Shown one piece after another: positions 38,113 through 48,400 of a stretch of 64,000 bases of DNA; position 1 is the stretch's first letter; the number at the start of each line of letters is the position of its first letter. Under the pieces are notes generated by a model, which ran no database searches, was not told the origin of the DNA, and worked only from the letters and a program-made list of their open reading frames with translations. Source of the stretch: Marsupella aquatica (lineage: Eukaryota > Plantae > Marchantiophyta); assembly GCA_973895155.1 (NCBI GenBank), contig OZ316892.1:22359168-22423167 (forward strand), written 5' to 3'. The position numbers and the translations under genes were made by a program.

Positions 38113-40103
38113 GTTCAACATTGCGGTTATCATGTTTTGTCCTAAACATTTTTATTATTGTAGGAAAATTCTTAACATTGCTAAACAAGCATCGGAAGGC
38201 ACAAGCAGTCGAGAGGGAGAAGTTAGCAAAGCACCGGAGCAAATGTTACAAGAGTTCGGAGAAATATTTGGGCATCTGTATTGATGGAATGGATCAAAAG
38301 AAGACAGAGTTACCTCATTTCATTCGGTGTCCGAAGAATATGGATGAAAAGTATTTCATCCCCGTACACGTAGTGGGTTGTTTGATCTTCAACAAACAAT
38401 TAAGTTCAAATGTTTTTTTGAACTATCCAAATATTCACAATGATAGCAACCTGACCATCCACGTTATCCAGCATATTCTGAATACCTGGGAAGGTCTGCT
38501 CCCTCCAGTGCTTTACCTCCAGCTTGATAACATAGCTCGGGAAAACAAAAATAAATATCTTATGGCATATTTGAATATGTTGGTGGAGATAGGTGTTTTC
38601 CAGAAAATAAAGGTTGGTTTCCTATTGGTGGGGCACACCCATGATCAAATTGATCAAATGTTTAGCAAGTTTTCTTCAAAATTGAACAAGTGAAAAGCTT
38701 TCCGGTTGGACATTCTTTCAGCAATCATAGAGGAATCCTACAATCCTACGGCAAAGATATTTTTCGTCGACGAGGTTGCCGATTTCAAGAAATTTGTGTC
38801 AGACAAGGATCAAGCAAATGACAAGGATATGGATGGTCAGCTTCTACGTACTCTCCATGGCATAAGTGCTCAAAAACAATTTCAGATTACTAGAGTACTC
38901 GAAGATGGAAGTGCTTGGTCCGTATTCCATGCCAAATATCTTTCAACGACAACCGATTGGGGGGAGACGGTGGATTTTGTTCGGTACATTCCATCATCTG
39001 GAATGTGGGTCGCACCACAAATGGCATTGAAGTCGGCCACGGGAGCGACAGGAGACAATGAAGAGCAAGAGAATGATGTTGAGGAACAAGATGAGCGGGC
39101 AGCTCAAAGTTATTTGTCAACTCTTCAAAAATATCGAAGAGCAATTGAAGATGGATTCAATTACTTTGACGACGAAGATCGTCTATGGTGGGGTTGTTTT
39201 TTTGACAAACAAAAAGAAGTGATTCAGCACCACCTGAAACCTGCACAATGGAGTTTTGATTGGAGTTGGCCCAAGGTAAAAGTACAGAGAGAACTTCCGA
39301 GTAATCCTACGGAAGCAGCAATGGAACCTAGCTTGGTTGATAAAGTAGCGGGTGTGAGGACAGTCATGTATTCTGGAAGTCGAAGAAAAGTCACGGAAAT
39401 TGGAGACTTCAAGGATCTAGAGGTGAATACTAAATTTGCAATGATATGTGTAGCAGCCCATCAGGATCCCAAGGGAAGACCATTCTGGATGGCAAAAGTG
39501 ATTGAGATTCTCACAAGAATTAACGACATCCCAGAGCGGATTAAAATCACTTGGTATGCAATGGATTCAGAGGACGAGTCTGCAATTGAAGGCAGATATT
39601 ATCCGGAGAAAGAGGCTTCGTCTAGCAAAGTACTGGAGGATGAATTGTCCCTAGCAGAAACTGTCGTTTATGCGTATAACTTTGCATTATTGGCAAATAG
39701 TACTCTCCCTATACAAACAAGACGAATCATTCAAAATGCAATGGAGACTGTAGTCGTTGATAGTCGAAGCTAGTTGCAGCTTTAAGTTATAATGGTTATC
39801 GTTCCCATGAATATGTACAGTGGTTATCGTTCTGGGACTATGTACTCCGCAGCTATAATGATATTTTTTTTTTGAAATAATTGCAATGACAAACCAGTTA
39901 GAGCATACAATGCTAAGTCCGATAAGATTATCGACAACTCCATTCCCCTAGCTAGAACACCACGACAATCCGATATATGCAAAGTCCGATAAATTTATCG
40001 CATTAATAAAGGTGACAAAGGTTCTTCCTCATGGAATACAGAATCCGATAAATTTATCGACAACTCCATTGGTGATTGACATTATCCTAACGAGCACACG
40101 CAA

Positions 40104-43100
40104 CTAATCTAATAACATGTCGTTGAGATCATCCTCATTTGGTGTTCTGGGAGGCTCTTCCTCAGTTTCTTCTTGTTCCTCTTTGGTCTCCTTCACGACC
40201 TCAACTACGTAAGTCGATGTCCCGAGAACACCCAATTGGCCTGCAATTGGTGGTTGAATCTCATGACCTTCAACGCCGTGCCCTTCAATCTGGGATTCTT
40301 CATATAAATTCCAGTTTGACTCTAGAATCATGATCCGGGATTTCACAAAATCAATCTGCGCAGAACTCTTATCAACAGCACAACCCTGGCGAGAATTGAG
40401 GAGCGTAGCAGCTAATGTCGATCCGGTTCCACAACAAAGATCAATAACCCAATCCTCTTTCTCAGAGAAATGGGAAACAAACCAAGCCCCCAAACCAACA
40501 GGCTTCTGATACGGGTTCACAATAAATCCCAACAGATCAACAAACTTCTTGGTTACACATGGAACCTTGATGATATTGACGCGAGACTCATCCGGTTGGA
40601 AATTGTACATGTCCATGTTCCGAATGCCTTCCTCGCTATAGAAACATATCGACCAGTTCTCAAAACCCCACGCCAATCGAGCTCCAACGGGACGCTTATG
40701 AATGTTAGTCTTCTCCCAAATTCCAGCCTCGACCCCACAGTTGCATACACTCTCCAGTGCAGACATCACCATATGCGTTTGTTGTAGTGAATGGATCACA
40801 ACAAACCTCCACTGCTTAGCGGTCGTCATCTTTGAGAAACTTGTCAACATGTCTAAAATGTCCTTTTCTGTGAAGGCCACTTCATCAAACTCCGAACTAG
40901 GAGCATTAAAACCATACGGAATATCCGCAACCGCAAGGGTGTAAGCCCTTGGTTGAACAAAAGAATCCAAAATTCGAACATCACCAACATGGAGATAGTA
41001 GGGAAAAAAATCCCCGTCTGCATTTTTCCATGTTTGTTCAAACGCTTTTGCTGTGCCCTCGCCTAAGGACCTCAGCCGATTGTACTTATCAATTGCAGCA
41101 AGCACAAAATTCTTAAACACATAAGGGATTTCAGCTGAGGGAACAATAACCTCCCCCGCAGATTTATAAGTGACAGCCGGAACCACTTTGCTTTTCCTTT
41201 TCGAATTAATCTTCAGTTGTAAAAATGTCAGACACATCTACAGTTAGAATAGCGTGAGATGAATGCTAAAGCCGATAAAAATCTCGCAATGGAGCACGCT
41301 AGCCGATAGATGGAATCGCTTAGAAACCAACAAAGGAATGCTAAAGCCGATAAAATCTCGCGATGGAGCACGCTAGCTGATAGATGCAATCGCTTAGAAA
41401 CCAACAAAGGAATGCTAAAGCCGATAAAAATCTCGCGATGGAGCATGCTGTGAGAGGAATGCTTACCGCATCACTCAATTTCTCCGCCCATATGCCAAGG
41501 ACCGAGACATCTATTTCGTTGGGAAACATTTCTCTGCATGTTGCCCAATCTGGCTGACCAGATATCTACAAAAATAGTTTCTTCACCTTGGCAAGCTTTT
41601 TCAACTTCTCACCTTCCTTGTGCATTTGATCCAAAGTGATCACCTTCCCGATAACCCTATTCAAGAGACGCTTGACATGCTCCTTATTTGACAGTCCTTG
41701 GAGACCTCAAAATGAATTTAAGTTGAGGTCACCAGCAAGTTTATTCATTTTAATCTCCCTTACCGTCAAAGGTTTTACCTTTCCCTTTGCGTTCGTCGTT
41801 GCCACAATTTTTGTGGGTTGTCCTAAGACAATACCTTTCTCCCACATCTGGAAAATTTGCTCCTGAAGATCCCAAATTTCACCTGTTTGGAAAGCAATTT
41901 GGAAAGCCGGATCATGTTTGGCCATGGAGTCACGAACTCCTGGCGTGTACTCCATCATGCATTCTTGACAACATGCTTCGCGGGCATCTTTAGTCGAGCC
42001 CACACCCATTTCAAGAAAAATATTGTGACAAGCGCGAACTTGGTCAATTTTAGTCATGTTCTTCCGATACTCTTGGTCATAGTTATGCTGGAAGCCTAAC
42101 TTTTGGACCTCGGATCTCGTACGCCCAGCGTAAACCCAAGCTTCCAGCTCACCATATATTTGCTTCCCGTACATTTTAAACAACTCGGACTTTGCCCGAG
42201 CACCATGATTCCCTCCAATAATTCTATACTTCCATACCCTTGACTTCAGGATGTCCCAATCTGCGGTTGTGGGACAATCCTTCGGATCCACACACAACAC
42301 GAACGGGGCACTGAAGTTGGTGGGGTTTTTCATGAGAAGTATCTTGATATTTTCCACATGCAATCTATCCACTGGTCTAATCAAAGTTGACAAATCCCCC
42401 TCCTCATCAAATATGAGATTGTCGACATGCAGAAGCACAGTTGTCCTTTGCACCCTTCGTTGCATCAGAAGACTGAGCTCTGCCTTGATTGCGTCCGTCT
42501 CATACATCAAAAGAGCCGTCTCCTCCTCCTGATCAGCCTACAAAAGCGTTGAAAATTCAATTAAGGAAAGAAACTGCGAGATTTTTATCGGAGTTCGCAT
42601 TTGTTCAACATAACTCCACAATCCGCAATTCAGGAAATAAACAGCGAGATTTTTATCAAATTTCGTATTTGTTAAACAGTACAACGACGTAGTACTTACC
42701 AATGGCGCAGCAGGAACCACGATTGGAACTGATGGAATTGACGGAGCTCTATCTACTTCTGCAGCCACCGTCTCAGTCCAACCAGTCCTCTTCCTCTTTG
42801 TGCTAAGTCCAGAATCAGATGGCCCGGATCCCTCGGATCCTTTACTTTCGCTTGGTTAATTAACGGATGGTCCTCGACGGTTGCCTTGGCCTCTCCCACT
42901 ACCGCCAGTTTCCTGGCTCTTCTTCCCACCGTCAGAGGTTCCCGCAACATCTCCCCTGCCGCTACCTCTCCCTTTCCCTCTTCCACTTCCCGAAACCCGA
43001 CCAGAAGTTGTAGGTTCGTCCACGTCAATATGTGTAGAGGATTGCAATGGTTCTTTCTGCCCCGACATTTTATCGGCATTAGAACCACCGCTGCCACTTG

Positions 43101-43671
43101 AACCTGGTTTCTTGAAAACAATTTTGCGGACAGGTTTGAACTCTTCACCCACAAGTCTCTTGTACTCTGCATTCACCCTTGGAAGCATGATGGCATCACA
43201 ATCTTGCACATACTGGCCGATCCAAGCCGAACCCATAACATTCATCTCTCTTGCTGCCCAAACTTCGGCAACAAGGGGATCTTCTGGATAACTGTCCATC
43301 GATTTCTCATCAAAGTTATTGAGAGTAACAATGAGAGATGTGAAACCCTTGCGCCCACACATTGTCAAGAAACTAAGGCCCTCTGTCAACACTTTTCCCT
43401 CCCCGTGGCCAACCATGAACTCGACGACGGCAACAGCAATGACAGGGCCATACGAAACATTAACCTTCGCCGATTTTTGCAATTGGACCCAAAGGATTGG
43501 GGTAGCACAATCTTCAAAACCCATGGACTGTAATCTGGCATCACGGAAGTACCATGACTTCTTGATACACTTGACCTCTTCACAAATGTCTTCACTCGTC
43601 CAAATTGCATTGGTGAGGCTTGTCATGAGACTTTCTGCCTCAGCAGATCCACTCTTTCCACTAGCAGCCAT
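40104..43671 (-). pseudogene. ParB/Srx-like domain + beta-class N6-adenine/N4-cytosine DNA methyltransferase fusion, 3 exons (43671-42700, 42537-41467, ~41237-40104), about 1050 codons
   Basis: Exon 2 has IRPVDRLHVENIK..YRIIGGNHGARA (ParB-like). Exon 3 has LAVADIPYG (motif IV), IWEK, NPYQKP, and WVIDLCCGTGST..RQGCAVD (motif I) in beta order. GTAAG donors and AG acceptors give phase-0 in-frame joins. Three internal stops (42856, 41707, ~41567). Confidence 0.8.
41260..41447. repeat. Tandem ~75-bp repeat in the methyltransferase intron
   Basis: GAATGCTAAAGCCGATAAAA(A)TCTCGC occurs three times. Confidence 0.85.
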
Positions 43672-43907
43672 GGCAAAGTCTGCAAATAAACAAATTCCAA
43701 TGCAAAGAGCGATAAAATTATCGCCGCCAATCTCACAGCACATGTGGACATGACATCTCATCACACAAGGACAAAGAGACCCGCAATGCAAATGACCAAT
43801 AAAATTATCACAAAAGTGAGCCTTCTTTAAATTGACGGCCGAGTGTACAGGTCGAAGAATCAACTACGGAACCCTAAATCCAAAACCTTAACCCCTAAAC
43901 CTAAACC

Positions 43908-44620
43908 CTAATCATAGTTGAACCTCGCCAGAGCGAAGCGTTCGATCCGCTTCTTGGGCCATTGGGGAATATGAGTGACGCGATGATCATAAGCCCACAG
44001 CCAATGGAAATCAACTTCACCAGTCTCAGGATTCACTACTGCTACTGAATACCGGCGTGACGGAATGTCACAACAAGCATTTGTGCAGCATGGACAGATC
44101 TCACCATTGGCAAGGACGTTCGTCCACAGGCAACTTACATAGATCAAGTTAAAGAGCGCACAGACTGGCTGGGGGGGGAGTTGATGAATCTTGTATGAAT
44201 ATATTTTCCCACCAGTGTCAATAAAAAACTCAGTGGCAAGAGGATTGTCCAGCTCGTCAATCACATCCTGAATCTCATCGAATGCTCTACGTCTGTTGTC
44301 GGCATAGAATTCTGGCTCATAAGTAGGATTGCCCTTCACAACATGACAGCAGTGGAGTATAAAACGTCTTACTGCACCGGTTTTTAGAAAGAGTAGGATA
44401 ACTCTTCTAGAAAATCCAACATATCTATCCCACCGAATATAAATTTCTCCCCTACCTGATCTACGTAGAAGTGAAATGCGTTATGGTAAAACGGTTTTAC
44501 TACCAGCCTGCATATCTTTAAAATTAGTGACTCATCCAGCCTCCTTAGCTGGTCCAGCATGGCTCCATTCCCCCATTCTGGAGGATCCAAGTAGGGTACA
44601 AAAATGCGTCGCTCGAGCAT
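43908..44620 (-). CDS. Unknown transposon cargo ORFs (44384-44620 and 43908-44339), possibly one disrupted gene
   Basis: Protein-like composition, a CPCCTNACC cluster, and the same strand as neighbouring cargo. No family recognised. Confidence 0.35.
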
Positions 44621-44935
44621 GGCCTGATCACCGAATAGAAATCAGGAATAATTTTTGGAGAACATACTAATTACAATTCTACAAGTTTCATCCAACTTTA
44701 CAGTACCTTGTATAACGGGCTGTGAAGCCAATGCACTTGTCAGCTAATCATCCGAAGAGGCGCAAACAAATACACTCTGGACCACACAACCCAAAGTCAG
44801 GGGAGGTAGAGTCAATTACATTCAAAGTGTTTCTTTACAAGCTCTTCTCGAGCAAACCTTAGAGCACCCAAAATCGACTAGAGGAATGAGGAGTGCGATA
44901 AATTTATCGGATGTTCGCAGCAATGCCTCATCCAC

Positions 44936-45484
44936 TCAGACTTGTCCATGCCATGCAAGAATTGTCCGCTTCCCGCTTTCTCCAAGATTTATCCAAACTC
45001 TACGAAACTGATCTAACTGCTCATACGAAAAGCACCCAAGCATATCTATGGGAGGGAGGAAATGAGTTTCCTCTCGGAAGACCCTAGCAATATGTATGTT
45101 TGAGAGAAGGTCGGCATTAGGAATGTTTGCGAGCATTTTATTTATGTCATTGATCTCACGGACTGCATATTTCAATAGCGCCCAAAATCGTGTACCAACA
45201 ACAAGATGGTTCCATTTCTTTGAGGTGGTTCCAAGACAAATGATTGTTCTCATTCGAGTCAGTCGTTCTTTTGGTAGAAGTTTTAGGTCAAGGCCAAGGT
45301 GTTCATCTTGTGTGCAAGACAAGGCTAGGAGGGGCCAAATGTGAGATTCAACGAGTTGATCGGGAAGTCCATTCAACAAACTTCTGCATTCCACACCGGG
45401 CACTTTTCCTCAAATATATTTCCTACGCTCGTGGGCTAAAACGGATCCCATCTTTGCAACGATTAGATTCTCTGACGTAGCCAT
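44936..45484 (-). pseudogene. F-box-like cargo ORF
   Basis: LLNGLPDQLVESHIWPLL...ICLGTTSKKWNHLV resembles an F-box. The upstream ATG at 45484 is separated by one TGA. Confidence 0.45.
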
Positions 45485-48400
45485 GAAGCAGAGCTACCAA
45501 AACCACCAATAAAAATACCTTCAATCACCAAGTGTAACCGAACACATCCACAGTACCAACCCTGCATGACAGTTTAACGATTAGGACTCGTGACGTATTA
45601 TATTCGCTGCGCAAGGGTAGGACTTGTTTATTTAAATATGTCCTTACAAGATGCGCCTCAATGCAAAGGTCGAAACACTCATCGTGAAAGGTTCACCCAA
45701 GGGTCTTCGTTCCAAATCTTACAACAGAAGTGAGCCTGTTTGTGGTACTTGTTGTCAAGACGACAACAACAATAGTTACAAGAAAACTCCAAAGAATGTA
45801 AACACGCCGTTAACATCAACCTCGAACGAATTGGAACTCCTGCATCATTCATTCCGCAAAATTCAATGCGGAGAGGATTCTGCCTATCTCCAGGATCAGT
45901 ACCACCCATCCACAATGCTCCTATACCGATGGGGAGAACTTTGAGTCGCACGAGTCTCTTGTACAACCGGCGTGCACGTTTGACACAATTTTCAAGGAAG
46001 ACAGCCATTTGTCACAATACCTGTTGTCCACGGAGTGCAATCGACCTTCCGTTGTGCCTCCTAAACCCGGCAACACTGCGACATCAGAGATGAAGATGAG
46101 TCTCCAAACAAAACAAAGGAAAATGATTCTCACAGGAGGATGCGATAAGTTTATCGCACTCCGCATTCGAATTGAAAATATGACTTCCTTAGACACCTAA
46201 GCCCTGAATTCAATCTTTCACAAAAATGACAACTCCGATAAATTTATCGGATTCTCAATTACTCCTCTTTCCATAAAAGAAATGAAGACTCCGATAAATT
46301 TATCGGAATGAAGGCAACACCTCTCTAAACACTGGAACAAATGATTGCAACAGAGGAATGCAGAATGCGATAAATTTATCGCAGTCCGCTCGGATCTGGA
46401 CATTTTACACTAAATCACTAGTTAGTCTTACATGGAGAACTTGAACAGGAATGGCTGTTCCGATAAATTTATCGGGTTTTCGGTAGAAAGAGTCGAATCG
46501 CTTGGGAGGAATGTAAGACTCGATGGGAGTTTGGTATTCGCTCTCAGTCAGGAGATATTTGCTCTGGCGAAAGCAAACGTTTTATGGGCAGCCCGCTCCT
46601 CTTTATATAGGAGACGCTCTAAACCATGGTTAATTTCCCCTTTACCATGGTTAAGTTTCCCCTTTACCTGGGTTAGTGCGTGGTCGTTCCTGGATTACAC
46701 GGTTCGGACCAAGTTACTCGTAGTTTGGACTTTTTCACTGACGGAATGTAAAACCCGATGCACGTATCACTCCTTGCATTCCCGCGGCGATGCAATGGAG
46801 GAAAGTGGCATTTCGGAGAGTTTTTGCCAGTTTTATCGGTCATTGCATTGCCTTAGAAAAAAATGGGATCGGGCTAAACGAGAACTCCGACACACTTCTC
46901 GGTCGGTCCGAAATCGTGTTTACAGCCTAGTAACCGTGCGCCCAGACCTGCATTACCCTATACATAACTCTTGGAGGTGAGTGAGAAACTGACCCGCATG
47001 GGAAACGGCAAACATGGGTGGTGATGACCAGAGCGAGCATGGGCCATCCCCTTGACAAGACTCAACGGGAAGATGTGTACAACCATTGGGTGTCCCAATC
47101 TTGGTGACAGCCATGGGAATGGGTGACCTCCCAAAAACATTGTGACCACTGTAAAAACATTTGCTGAACTGCTCCAATTTTTTGGGTCATCACCATGGAC
47201 TCGCCATCTTGGGGTACTTTTGGAAAACCCAGGGGAAAACTCTCCTATTTTTGGCGGTGATCACCATGGGATATGGCTCTGGTAGGGAATATTGGAGAAC
47301 CCCATTACTATTTTTGGGCCAATTTAATTTTTTTGGGTGATCGTTATGGGATGTGGCCAGGGTACAAAATATTGGGGAACCTATTCACTATTTCTGGGCT
47401 CCTTTAATAATTGTGGGTGATCACCATGGGATGTGGCCATGGTAGGGAAATATTGGGGGTATGGAACAAGAAATTTATTAGGATGTGGCAGTGCCCTAAA
47501 TATAGTGAACCCTTTTTTTGTGATAAAGGGGTTTGTGGATCTGTCGCATCCGAGAGATCTTTTTGCAATGGGAGCTAAGAGGGTACCATAGGGGCAAGAC
47601 ACATTAGGGAAGCAGGATGATCGCCTTGAGGTTGGGAGAGTGAGACAAGGGGTCCCGGTAAGCATTATCCTGGACGGATATTGGGTCCCATCAACCCACC
47701 ATCAAAGTCTCAATACTCTTGCAATGGAGTGGTGGTTATCACTTGACATCTTTTTATTATTTTGATATATTTTTATCACTTGACATCTTCTTATCACTCC
47801 ACATCTTTTGTGCAATACCGGGGCATTGGGTTGTGTATGATAAAAAAATTATTTATTTTGAAATTTGGTAAAATGTATGACCTGACACAAAGTGCATCAA
47901 GGATAGGGTACGAGGGGCTCAATAAATATGTATGATCTGAGATTAAGTGCATAAATGATATCAAATGCACTTATTGGATAATGCACCGTACACATGGAGA
48001 TTCCGCAAAGGACATCTCGTACAATCATGAGGATAACTGCAAATTTGGGGTGGTGCTTGGGGTGGTTTCCCGGCAGGGAGCCTGCACTTAAAATGGGGAA
48101 TACTTATGCAATTAGGGCACGCATTACGAAATGGGTATACTTCTGCGCTTAAAATAGGGTATACTGTACGGGCGCCATACTTTACAGCATGGGCACGCGC
48201 AAGTTCTAAACCCGGGAGAGTCAAAAGACCTCAACTGTACGCTTTGCAAGGACTCGTCAGATTGGTTGGGTCCACGCTCGTTTGCATGGGGATTCGATCT
48301 TGCACTTTTTAAAAGAATCATAGTTTATTATATGTGGACCTGCAACAGAGGTCAACGTGGGGAACGTCAACACGAATGTTCCTTAAAAACTTTTCACGAT

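Larger units (their letters stand above)
34554..39773 (+). pseudogene. DUF7869-type (Sola-like) DD(D/E) transposase, spliced 36131^38164, disrupted
   Basis: CC..YC, FCRSGFKKLFSLG, FSTCAPC zinc motifs; ICIDGMDQKK, LYLQLDNIARENKNKY, FLLVGHTHDQIDQMFS; C-terminal PFWMAKV..IKITWY. In-frame phase-1 splice, TGA at 38691, frameshifts at ~35500 and ~35880. Confidence 0.8.
33463..46958. mobile_element. Large DUF7869/Sola-like DNA transposon with cargo genes (ends approximate)
   Basis: Imperfect terminal inverted repeats: CGCTAGTGCAGG..TAGGCTGTAAC on the left versus the reverse complement GGGTAATGCAGG..TAGGCTGTAAAC on the right. ACGATTTCGGACCGA is inverted at ~33583 and ~46903. TA lies on both sides. 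A transposase and an element-restricted palindrome are inside. Confidence 0.7.

Noticed and set aside
40104-42510. Bacterial or phage contamination explaining the ParB-MTase
   Set aside because: The gene has GT-AG introns and is embedded in a eukaryotic transposon that contains a solo LTR.
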